A stretch of DNA of 64,000 nt from Macrostomum lignano (Eukaryota): positions 1 to 64,000 of the forward strand of contig NIVC01002600.1 of NCBI GenBank assembly GCA_002269645.1, given 5' to 3'. Each line of letters opens with the position of its first letter. The stretch's first letter is position 1. Below the pieces are notes generated by a model. That model saw only the letters and a program-made list of their open reading frames with translations, ran no database searches and was not told where the DNA came from. Made by a program: the position numbers and the translations under genes. This document shows positions 12,451-24,213 of the stretch, one piece after another.

Positions 12451-13785
12451 GATTCAGATATTTATTGGCACTCCCAAAATCTGATATTGGCACTCTTAAA
12501 TCTGATATTGGCACTAGCTATTCTGATATTGGCACTCCCGATTCAGATATTGGCACTCCCAAATCTGATATTGGCACTCCCGATTCAGATATTGGCACTC
12601 CAGATTCAGATATTGGCACTCCAGATTCAGATATTGGCACTCCCGATTCTGATATCGGCACTCCAAAATCTGATATTGGCACTCCCGATTCAGATATTGG
12701 CACTCCCAAATCTGATATTGGCACTAGCTATTCTGATATTGGCACTCCCGATTCAGATATTGGCACTCCCAAATCTGATATTGGCACTCCCGATTCAGAT
12801 ATTGGCACTCCCAAATCTGATATTGGCACTCCCGATTCAGATATTGGCACTCCCAAATTTGATATTGGTACTCCAGATTCAGATATTGGCACTCCAGATT
12901 CAGATATTGGCACTCCCGATTCTGATATCGGCACTCCCAAATCTGATATTGGCACACCCGATTCAGATATTGGCACTCCCAAATCTGATATTGGCACTCC
13001 CGATTCAGATATTGGCACTTCCGATTCAGATATTGGCACTCCCGATTCTGATATCGGCACTCCCAAATCTGATATTGGCACTCCCGATTCAGATATTGGT
13101 TGGCACTCCCAAATCTGATATTGGCACTTCAGATTCAGATATTGGCACTCCAGATTCAGATATTGGCACTCCCGATTCTGATATCGGCACTCCCAAATCT
13201 GATATTGGCACTCCCAATTCAGATATTGGCACTCCCAAATCTGATATTGGCACTCCCGATTCAGATATTGGCACTCCCGATTCAGATATTGGCACTCCCG
13301 ATTCTGATATCGGCACTCCCAAATCTGATATTGGCACTCCCAAATCTGATATTGGCACTCCCGATTCAGATATTGGCACTCTCGATTCTGATATCGGCAC
13401 TCTCAAATCTGATATTTGCACTCTCAAATCTGATATTGGAACTCCCAAATCTGATATCGGCACTCCCGATTCAGATATTGGCACTCCCGATTCAGATATT
13501 GGAACTCCCAAATCTGATATCGGCACTCTCAAATCTGATATCGGCACTCCCAAATCTGATATCGGCACTCTCAAATCTGATATCGGCACTCTCAAATCTG
13601 ATATTGGCACTCCCGATTCAGATATTGGCACTCCCGATTCAGATATTGGAACTCCCAAATCTGATATCGGCACTCTCAAATCTGATATTGGCACTCTCAA
13701 ATCTGATATTGGCACTCTCAAATCTGATATCGGCACTCTCAAATCTGATATTGGCACTCTCAAATCTGATAACGGCACTCTCAAT
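12451..13785 (+). repeat. Minisatellite, 21-bp unit GATATTGGCACTCCC(AAATCT/GATTCA)
   Basis: Direct reading; 7-aa periodicity (SDIGTPK/D); ends about 65 bp before the TMX3 ATG. Confidence 0.97.
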
Positions 13786-13849
13786 TAAGATAATTTGCAT
13801 CGGCACGTCACTTCATACAGTCTCCCAGATTAAAATATTCGAAACAAAA

Positions 13850-16800
13850 ATGCTCAACTTTTATTCAGGGTTTTCTCAAGGATTTCTGCTGCTTCTGCTA
13901 TTCATGGAGCAGCGAACAGCAGCCACCACCGTGGCCCCGACTGCGCATCAGCTGCTCAGCAAGGCTGCACACCCGCAGTCAGTAATCGACGCTGGGGATG
14001 ATTTTGTCTATCTGAGAGATCCAGACACACCCTATCTGGTGCTCGTGAGTGATACATATGCACTATGGGGCATACACACCCCATTCCATCCGCCCCAGTG
14101 TCCCCTCATCCCATTCCATCCGCCTCCAGTGTCCCCCACCCCATTGCATCCGCCCCAGTGTGTCCCCTCATCCCATTCCATCCGCCTCCAGTGTCCCCTC
14201 ACCCCATTCCATCCGCCCCAGTGTCCCCTCACCCCATTCCATCCGCCTCCAGTGTCCCCTCACCCCATTCCATCCGCCCCAGTGTCCCCTCATCCCATTC
14301 TATCCGCCTCCAGTGTCCCCTCACCCCATTCCATCCGCCTCCAGTGTCCCCTCATCCCATTCCATCCGCCCCAGTCAAATGTTTTAGAATAATGTGTTGC
14401 GGGGGTGTGCCCCTCTGACGATGACTACTCGTATGATCGTTGATGTTTCTGTTGAATCAAATAAGTCGGAGGTTCGATTTGTTTCTCTCGATCTCTAACC
14501 TTCAACAAGATGTTTATTACTAATCAATGTTAGTAGCAATTCCTAATAGGATATTGATCACGCAATTACGCAAATTTGTTAAGCAATTCAGTGAAAATGG
14601 AGCCACAGGCTACTTATCGATGTTGTTGCACAAATTGACGTTTGTCCGGATTTATCTCTGTTAAATCGGGATATTAGAGTTCAGGCCCGATTGTTGGGGC
14701 AAGCTAGCGGAGCAGTTGAGGAGGCAAAGAGGCGGAGAGCCGAGAACCGGGAAAAAACTGGAGAGAGGCTTCATTCTCACTGAACGCTAGTATATATATG
14801 ATTTCTATAACGCATTTCATTGGTGTTCGCTTCACGCAATAGGATCTTTACTGGCGCACAAGCATGTGCTGTACTTTCCTGATAGAAAAACCTTCTGAAG
14901 TTCGCATTAGACTAAAAAATAACATTGGGCATAACATGCTTAAATTAAGATCACTTCACCAGTGTCCCCTCAACCCCATTCCATCCGCCCCAGTGTCCCC
15001 TCATCCCATTCCATCCGCCTCCAGTGTCCCCCACCCCATTGCATCCGCCCCAGTGTGTCCCCTCATCCAATTCCATCCGCCTCCAGTGTCCCCTCACCCT
15101 ATTCCATCCGCCTCCAGTGTCCCCTCATCCCATTCCATCCGCCCCAGTGTCCACTCAACCCATTCCATCCGCCCCAGTGTCCCCCAACCCATTCTCTCCG
15201 CCCCCATTGTCCACTCACCCCATTCCATCCGCCTCCAGTGTCCCCCAACCCATTCTCTCCGCCCCCATTGTCCACTCACCCCATTCCATCCGCCTCCAGT
15301 GTCCCCACCCCATTGCATCCGCCCCCATTGTCCACTCACCCCATTCCATCCGCCTCCAGTGTCCCCACCCCATTGCATCCGCCCCCATTGTCCACTCACC
15401 CCATTCCATCCGCCTCCAGTGTCCCCTCACCCCATTCACTCCGCCTCCAGTGTCCCCTCACCCCATTCTCTCCGCCCCCAGTAGTCCCACCCCATTCTCT
15501 CCGCCCCAATGCCCCCCATCCGCCAGTTCCACGCACCCTGGTGCGGCCACTGCCAGGAGGTCCAGGCCGACTTTGTGGCCGCAGGCGAACGCCTTGGTCG
15601 GCGCGGCATCCGGACGGTTCGAATCGATGCAACCCGAAGCCGCTCGGCTGCCACCGCCTTCTCCGTGGCCTCCTATCCGACTGTGCTGTTGTGAGCCACT
15701 GGTGATGGGTTAGGTATAGGGGTGAGAGTGGATGTTGGCATGCAGAGAGTGGATGGATGAGATGAGGCTGATCGTCTTTGAATTCATAAATCTCTCGATT
15801 CAGCGTTCGTGGCAGCACCAAGCAGGTGCACGCGGGAGATCGGACTGCCGATGATTTCGTCAGGTTCGCCGAGCTTCTGGCCGGGTGAGCAGGGGCTGCT
15901 CAATAGAGAATTCCGAAGAGTATCATTTGAAAAGAGGTATTGGAAAGTTGCGGAATCAGGGAATCAGGAGTTGCGGAATCTGGAATTGGGGAATCCAGAA
16001 GAAGAGAATCAAGAAGAGGTAAATCAGAAAGAGGCGATTCCGGCAGAAGGGAATCAAACAAGAGGGGAATCAGAAAGAGGGGAATCAGGAAGAGAGGAAT
16101 CAAGAAGAGGGGAATAAGGAAGAGAGGAATCAAGAAGAGGGGAATCAGGAAGAGAGGAATCCGGCAGCAGGGAATCTAGTAGAAGAGAATCAGAAAGAGG
16201 GGAATCCGGAAGAAGGGAATCGGGAAGAGGGGAATCCGGAAGAAGGAAATCAGAAAGAGGGGGTCAGGAGGAGGAGAATCAGGAAGAGGAGAATCAGAAA
16301 GAGGAGAATCCGGTAGAAGAGAATCAGAAAGAGGGGAATCAGGAAGAGGGGAATCCGGAAGTGGGGAATCAGAAAGAGGGTAATCAGGAAGAAGGGAATT
16401 ATGAAACTATTCTTAGCTATGGAATTAAAAGTACATAGTGTACTATAATAATCCCATGGCCCCAATTCCTGCGCTCCAGCGCCCCAGTCCGAGATTTGGT
16501 CAGCCTGGCGCACTTCGAGCAGGCCTTCGCCGAATCCATCAATGCCACATCTTTCCTGTTCGTTGGCAGCGCCAAATCTGATGAATTTGTAAGATTTTGT
16601 TAGTTTTTCATGTCTTTAATAATTACGGTCATAATTATAATTTACAACCCACTCTGCCACCTGAAGAAGCTGTACGACAATCTGGCTAAAGAATTTCGTG
16701 GCCGAAACAGTTTCTACATTGCCGAGGGCGATCAGGCAGAGCTGCTGGCTCGACTCAAGAGTCTCTTGCAGCTTCCCGGCGCCTCATCATTCTTCCAGAG

Positions 16801-18848
16801 TGCCCTTCTTGTGTCGGTCCGCGAGCGCCGCGTCACCGTGTTTCCCGGGCCCTTCGAAAAGGATCGAATGCTTGTTTGGACCGCTGACGAGCGTCTGCTC
16901 ACCTTCCCCAAGGTGCGTGCTGCGGGGAAACCCCGATTGTACGCAAATAGGCTGCGTGGGAATCCCACACCCCAGATTGTACGCAGACAGGCTTCAGGGG
17001 GAATCCCCCCACCTCAGATTGTACGCAGATAGGCTGCGGGGAAACCCCCACCCCAGATTGTACGCAGATAGGCTGCGGGGAAACCCCCACCCCAGATTGT
17101 ACGCAGATAGGCTGCGGGGGAATCCATCATCCCAGATTGTACACAGCTCACTCGAAAACACACCAGCGATCCCAGTCAAGTAGGTAACATCCGTAGTTAG
17201 ATGTTTTAAACTCAAAAGAGACTACATGTGCTAAAAGTGACTTTCTACTCGTTTTTACAGAAGTCCAAAACTTCAAAATCAAATTATTGCGAAACTATGT
17301 AGATAATTAATCATAATTTAAAAATTTTTCGTAAAAATAGATAGCATTAAAGAAAGAACTTTTGTGGCACTTATTTTGGCGCCGCAGGCACTCATTTTGG
17401 CACCCCATGCATTTATTTTGGCGCCTCAGGCATTCATTTTGGCACCCCATGCATTTATTTTGGCGCCTCAGGCATTCATTTTAGCGCCGAATTCACTCAT
17501 TTTAGCGTCGTATTCACTCATTTTAGCGCTGCATTCACTCATTTTAGCGTCGTATTCACTCATTTTTGTGCCGTATTCACTCATTTTAGCGTTGCAGTCT
17601 CTCATTTTAGCGCCGTATTCACTCATTTTAGCGCTGCATCCACTCATTTTAGCGCCGTATTCACTCATTTTGGCGCCCTGATGCAAAATTATTACAGGTT
17701 GGCGACCAGTTCTCCCAGTCTCTCAGCCCCTGCTTCAAGCTGCTCGTCATCATGCTGGTTGGCAACGCCGCCGATGATGGCCAGCCATCAGCTGAGGAGC
17801 TCCGCTTCCTGTGGCTGGGCCGGCAGCTGGCCGAGGCTAGAGAAGCCGAGCTCGACCGAGTGCAGTTCGCCTGGACCGACTCTGACCATGCCCTGACCAG
17901 CCTGGCCATGACCCGCCTGCCCAGCCCGAACCTGTTGGTGCTGAACCCCAACACCAGCGTCTACTACCTGCGCCAGGACTACCACCGGCCGGCGGTCGGC
18001 CTGACTGTCAATTCGTTGCGCAGTCACGTGCTGCTGGCGCTGAATGACCAGCTGCCCGCATACAGCATTGCCGGATTCCTGGTGTCCATAAGGCGCTTTG
18101 TCTACGGACTCGTTGTGGGAGTGGCGGTGCGTGCTGATCCTTGTACATTGGTGTACATTGGTTTATATTGGTGTACATTGGTGTATATTGGTGCACATTG
18201 GTGTACATTGGTGTATATTGGTGTATTGCAATACATTGGTGTACATTGGTGTATATTGGTGTACATTGGTGTATATTGGTGCACATTGGTGTACATTGGT
18301 GTATATTGGTGTACATTGGTGTATATTGGTGTATATTGATGTATATTGGTGTACATTGGTGTAAATTGGTGTATATTGGTGTACATTGGTGTAAATTGGT
18401 GTAAAGTTGTGTAACTTCGTGTAAATTTGTGTACAATTGTGTACATTAATGTGAATTTGTGTGGTGTACGTATAACTTCCTACGCAGAGACACGGAGTTA
18501 ATCTGCTTCTAACTAGCTGGCTTATGTACGCTAATGCCAGTGGCCCGCCGCCCTCACCCCGCCCCGCCCACGCAGTCGCTGGCGATTCGCCAGCCGCTGC
18601 TCAGCCTGCTGATATTCGGCGTTCCCGGCTGCCTCATCTGCTGCCTCTGCTACTTCATCTGCTGCATCGACGACGACTACGAGGAGGGGTGGCGCGACGA
18701 CAGCCTGACGACTGCGGCCCCGGCTGCCGCGGTGGCGACGGCCGTTGGCCGGTGCTTTGTCGGCGTCTGCACCGACACCCGCGAGACGTTGGAGCCGACG
18801 GCGCTTCCGGGCCGGAAGGCCAGGCAGGAAAGGAAGAAACTGCGATGA
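13850..18848 (+). CDS. TMX3: TMX3-like thioredoxin-related transmembrane protein disulfide isomerase; exons 13850-14044, 15527-15690, 15804-15884, 16480-16588, 16667-16912, 17698-18126, 18576-18848 (498 aa)
   Basis: Signal-peptide-like N-terminus, FHAPWCGHC active site, ..SYPTVLF.RG...G.RT.DDF..FA.., WTADERL..FP, QFAW.D, TM helix PLLSLLIFGVP, C-terminal KKLR (KKxx ER retrieval). Exon lengths sum to 1497 nt with all phases consistent. Confidence 0.88.
14085..14374 (+). repeat. 30-31-bp minisatellite CCCCATTCCATCCGCCTCCAGTGTCCCCTCA (TMX3 intron 1, 5' copy)
   Basis: Direct reading. Confidence 0.95.
14958..15520 (+). repeat. Same 30-31-bp minisatellite (TMX3 intron 1, 3' copy) running into the acceptor
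   Basis: Direct reading; terminal unit CCCCCCATCCGCCAG supplies the AG. Confidence 0.95.
15945..16400 (+). repeat. Purine-rich 15-bp degenerate repeat GGGGAATCAGAAAGA (TMX3 intron 3)
   Basis: Direct reading. Confidence 0.9.
16915..17145 (+). repeat. About 39-40-bp repeat CAGATTGTACGCAGATAGGCTGCGGGGAAACCCCCACCC (TMX3 intron 5)
   Basis: Direct reading; starts within about 6 nt of the GT donor. Confidence 0.9.
17365..17680 (+). repeat. 21-bp repeat CACTCATTTTAGCGCCGTATT (TMX3 intron 5)
   Basis: Direct reading. Confidence 0.9.
18143..18460 (+). repeat. 10-bp repeat GTGTA(C/T)ATTG (TMX3 intron 6)
   Basis: Direct reading. Confidence 0.95.
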
Positions 18849-19150
18849 AGAGTGACGGGGATGGAGTGACGGGGATAGAGTGACGGGGATGGAGTGACGG
18901 GGATGGAGTGACGGGGGTGGAGTGACGGGGATGGAGTGACGGGGATAGAGTGACGGGGATGGAGTGACGGGGATGGAGTGACGGGGATGGAGTGACGGGG
19001 ATAGAGTGACGGGGATGGAGTGACGGGGATAGAGTGACGGGGATGGAGTGACGGGGATAGAGTGACGGGGATAGAGTGACGGGGATAGAGTGACGGGGAT
19101 GGAGTGACAGCGATGGAGTGACAAGAATGGAGTTACGGGAATGGAGTGAC
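18849..19150 (+). repeat. 14-bp repeat GAGTGACGGGGAT(G/A) starting at the TMX3 stop codon
   Basis: Direct reading. Confidence 0.95.
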
Positions 19151-19789
19151 AAAGAGCGATGCAATACGAGAGACCGGAACAGAGTGGCATACTCCAACTA
19201 GAGTGCCAGGAACAGAGTGACAGTTACGAGCTACATCAAAGTGTCATTTTTACCTGTCTAGTCCGCTGGATGTTATATTTTCAATTTGTTTATTCGGCGA
19301 TTTCTGTTTAGCATAAGCTAGTCATGCAGTGAAACTTTCACCATTTACGTTTTAATTGGGATTGTTTCTAAAAAAGTATTCTTTAAAAATAAATAAATCA
19401 CTTTTGCTTGTTCTTTTGTTGTCAAGCTATGCGAGTACTTGAAGTATTTACTTTTTAAACGGATATTTGTTGCATTTAATCGGAATTCGCTTTGTATTGT
19501 CTTTCTATTTGGAATTTTCTATAACAATATTCACAATATACTACTGATTTAGCGATCGCGCTGCGTCAGCAAGAAGGTGTTTACGAGTATTTACTGTTTT
19601 TTATTTCAGTTTCTTTTTAATTTTTGTGCAACAGGAAGTTTTCCTCAGGGGAGAACATTGTAAACAGACGAAGAGAAACAGGCAGAAACAGGCAGAGACA
19701 GAAAGAAGCATAGATGAAAGAAACAAGCAGAAACAGGGAAAACAGAAATAGACAGTTTCTAAGAAACAGATACATATAAAGAGAAACAG

Positions 19790-22700
19790 AAACAGGCAAA
19801 AACAGAAGTAAACAGAAAGAAACAGAAGGAAACAGAAAGAAACAGAAGGAAACAGAAAGAAACAGAAGGAAACAGAAAGAAACAGAAGGAAACAGAAAGA
19901 AACAGAAGGAAACAGAAAGAAACAGAAGGAAACAGAAAGAAACAGAAGGAAACAGAAAGAAACAGAAGGAAACAGAAAGAAACAGAAGGAAACAGAAAGA
20001 AACAGAAAGAAACAGAAGGAAACAGAAAGAAACAGAAGGAAACATAAAGAAACAGAAGGAAACATAAAGAAACAGAAGGAAACATAAAGAAACAGAAGGA
20101 AACAGAAAGAAACAGAAGGAAACATAAAGAAACAGAAGGAAACAGAAAGAAACAGAAGGAAACAGAAGGAAACAGAAAGAAACAGAAAGAAACAGAAGGA
20201 AACAGAAAGAAACAGAAAGAAACAGAAGGAAACAGAAGGAAACATAAAGAAACAGAAGGAAACATAAAGAAACAGAAGGAAACAGAAAGAAACAGAAGGA
20301 AACATAAAGAAACAGAAGGAAACAGAAAGAAACAGAAGGAAACAGAAGGAAACAGAAAGAAACAGAAGGAAACAGAAGGAAACAGAAAGAAACAGAAAGA
20401 AACAGAAGGAAACAGAAAGAAACAGAAGGAAACAGAAAGAAACAGAAGGAAACAGAAGGAAACAGAAAGAAACAGAAGGAAACAGAAAGAAACAGAAGGA
20501 AACAGAAAGAAACAGAAGGAAACAGAAAGAAACAGAAGGAAACAGAAAGAAACAGAAGGAAACAGAGAGAAACAGGAAACAGAAAGAAACAGAAGGAAAC
20601 AGAAAGAAACAGAAAGAAACAGAAAGAAACAGAAGGAAACAGAAAGAAACAGAAGGAAACAGAAGGAAACAGAAAGAAACAGAAGGAAACAGAAAGAAAC
20701 AGAAGGAAACAGAAAGAAACAGAAGGAAACAGAAAGAAACAGAAGGAAACAGAAAGAAACAGAAGGAAACAGAAAGAAACAGAAGGAAACAGAGAGAAAC
20801 AGGAAACAGAAAGAAACAGAAGGAAACAGAAAGAAACAGAAGGAAACAGAAAGAAACAGAAGGAAACAGAAGGAAACAGAAAGAAACAGAAGGAAACAGA
20901 AAGAAACAGAAGGAAACAGAAAGAAACAGAAGGAAACAGAAAGAAACAGAAGGAAACAGAAAGAAACAGAAGGAAACAGAAAGAAACAGAAGGAAACAGA
21001 GAGAAACAGGAAACAGAAAGAAACAGAAGGAAACAGAAAGAAACAGAAGGAAACAGAAAGAAACAGAAGGAAACAGAAGGAAACAGAAAGAAACAGAAGG
21101 AAACAGAAAGAAACAGAAGGAAACAGAAAGAAACAGAAGGAAACAGAAAGAAACAGAAGGAAACAGAAAGAAACAGAAGGAAACAGAAAGAAACAGAAGG
21201 AAACAGAGAGAAACAGGAAACAGAAAGAAACAGAAGGAAACAGAAAGAAACAGAAGGAAACAGAAAGAAACAGAAGGAAACAGAAGGAAACAGAAAGAAA
21301 CAGAAGGAAACAGAAAGAAACAGAAGGAAACAGAAAGAAACAGAAGGAAACAGAAAGAAACAGAAGGAAACAGAAAGAAACAGAAGGAAACAGAAAGAAA
21401 CAGAAGGAAACAGAGAGAAACAGGAAACAGAAAGAAACAGAAGGAAACAGAAAGAAACAGAAGGAAACAGAAAGAAACAGAAGGAAACAGAAGGAAACAG
21501 AAAGAAACAGAAGGAAACAGAAAGAAACAGAAGTAAACAGAAGTAAACAGAAGGAAACAGAAAGAAACAGAAGGAAACAGAAAGAAACAGAAGGAAACAG
21601 AAAGAAACAGAAGGAAACAGAAAGAAACAGAAGGAAACAGAAAGAAACAGAAGGAAACAGAAAGAAACAGAAGGAAACAGAAAGAAACAGAAGGAAACAG
21701 AAAGAAACAGAAGGAAACAGAAAGAAACAGAAAGAAACAGAAGGAAACAGAAAGAAACAGAAGGAAACATAAAGAAACAGAAGGAAACATAAAGAAACAG
21801 AAGGAAACATAAAGAAACAGAAGGAAACAGAAAGAAACAGAAGGAAACATAAAGAAACAGAAGGAAACAGAAAGAAACAGAAGGAAACAGAAGGAAACAG
21901 AAAGAAACAGAAGGAAACAGAAGGAAACAGAAAGAAACAGAAAGAAACAGAAGGAAACAGAAGGAAACATAAAGAAACAGAAGGAAACATAAAGAAACAG
22001 AAGGAAACAGAAAGAAACAGAAGGAAACATAAAGAAACAGAAGGAAACAGAAAGAAACAGAAGGAAACAGAAGGAAACAGAAAGAAACAGAAGGAAACAG
22101 AAGGAAACAGAAAGAAACAGAAAGAAACAGAAGGAAACAGAAAGAAACAGAAGGAAACAGAAAGAAACAGAAGGAAACAGAAGGAAACAGAAAGAAACAG
22201 AAGGAAACAGAAAGAAACAGAAGGAAACAGAAAGAAACAGAAGGAAACAGAAAGAAACAGAAGGAAACAGAAAGAAACAGAAGGAAACAGAGAGAAACAG
22301 GAAACAGAAAGAAACAGAAGGAAACAGAAAGAAACAGAAAGAAACAGAAAGAAACAGAAGGAAACAGAAAGAAACAGAAGGAAACAGAAGGAAACAGAAA
22401 GAAACAGAAGGAAACAGAAAGAAACAGAAGGAAACAGAAAGAAACAGAAGGAAACAGAAAGAAACAGAAGGAAACAGAAAGAAACAGAAGGAAACAGAGA
22501 GAAACAGGAAACAGAAAGAAACAGAAGGAAACAGAAAGAAACAGAAGGAAACAGAAAGAAACAGAAGGAAACAGAAGGAAACAGAAAGAAACAGAAGGAA
22601 ACAGAAAGAAACAGAAGGAAACAGAAAGAAACAGAAGGAAACAGAAAGAAACAGAAGGAAACAGAAAGAAACAGAAGGAAACAGAAAGAAACAGAAGGAA

Positions 22701-23636
22701 ACAGAGAGAAACAGGAAACAGAAAGAAACAGAAGGAAACAGAAAGAAACAGAAGGAAACAGAAAGAAACAGAAGGAAACAGAAGGAAACAGAAAGAAACA
22801 GAAAGAAACAGAAAGAAACAGAAGGAAACAGAAAGAAACAGAAGGAAACAGAAGGAAACAGAAAGAAACAGAAGGAAACAGAAAGAAACAGAAGGAAACA
22901 GAAAGAAACAGAAGGAAACAGAAAGAAACAGAAGGAAACAGAAAGAAACAGAAGGAAACAGAAAGAAACAGAAGGAAACAGAGAGAAACAGGAAACAGAA
23001 AGAAACAGAAGGAAACAGAAAGAAACAGAAGGAAACAGAAAGAAACAGAAGGAAACAGAGAGAAACAGGAAACAGAAAGAAACAGAAGGAAACAGAAAGA
23101 AACAGAAGGAAACAGAAAGAAACAGAAGGAAACAGAAGGAAACAGAAAGAAACAGAAAGAAACAGAAAGAAACAGAAGGAAACAGAAAGAAACAGAAGGA
23201 AACAGAAGGAAACAGAAAGAAACAGAAAGAAACAGAAGGAAACAGAAAGAAACAGAAGGAAACAGAAAGAAACAGAAGGAAACAGAAGGAAACAGAGAGA
23301 AACAGGGAGAAACAGAAGGAAACAGAAAGAAACAGAAGGAAACAGAGAGAAACAGGGAGAAACAGAAGGAAACAGAAAGAAACAGAAGGAAACAGAGAGA
23401 AACAGGGAGAAACAGAAGGAAACAGAAGGAAACAGAAAGAAACAGAAAGAAACAGAAAGAAACAGAAGGAAACAGAAAGAAACAGAAGGAAACAGAAGGA
23501 AACAGAAAGAAACAGAAAGAAACAGAAGGAAACAGAAGGAAACAGAGAGAAACAGAAGGAAACAGAAAGAAACAGAAGGAAACAGAAGGAAACAGAAGGA
23601 AACAGAAGGAAACAGAGAGAAACAGGGAGAAACAGG
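19790..23636 (+). repeat. About 3.9-kb purine-rich 10-bp satellite GAAACAGAA(A/G) with higher-order structure
   Basis: Direct reading; degenerate lead-in from about 19660. Confidence 0.98.
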
Positions 23637-24213
23637 CATCGATTCGCTGCCAAACAGAAGACTGTTTACACTCTAGTTTAGTCTTGATATCCATCTCTAT
23701 CTATAGGCCATTCATTCATTCCTTCAAGCAGTTCTTGCTGGGCACGCTGCCTTCATTTACAGCAGCCCAAACGTTTAGACTTTCGTCCAACTCTCCTACT
23801 CTCTCTGTGTTGGACATGTAATGCAAATTTTTAAAGCCAGTCAGTCGCCTTTTTAATTTTCACATGCAAATATGGGCCCTATAAAGGCATTTGCATTTCC
23901 GAATGTCAATACACTTGCCTAGAAGATAGGGAGTATTTGGGTGGGTATTAGTCTTGTATTTAACCAACATTGCACCCACACACGGGCCCTCTAAATGTCG
24001 GTTCGGTCAAAGGTGAAACGCTTTAACCTGTCAGCCTGAACATTCTCTTATATAACAAATACAGCAACTGTGTTGATTGACTTAAAAAATCTGTCTTGGA
24101 AATCTGAACTGACTGTTCGGGAGTTTCTGAAGTCACTTTAATTGACGCGAGAAATTCGAAATACAGAACTCAATATTTGACCGAATTTTTAATAAAGCTA
24201 TCTAAAGGAAAAT

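Noticed and set aside
8048-13788. Long repetitive ORFs (GSEILTWGNRDFLPEAL, PTPHSYP, SDIGTPK, LALPNLI)
   Set aside because: They are translations of stop-free minisatellites with no splice or domain context, and DNA-level homogeneity shows no codon-position bias.
19601-23694. Three 1300+ aa minus-strand ORFs (FLSVSFC repeats)
   Set aside because: The pyrimidine strand of a 10-bp satellite cannot form stops; all three frames are open, so this is an artefact.
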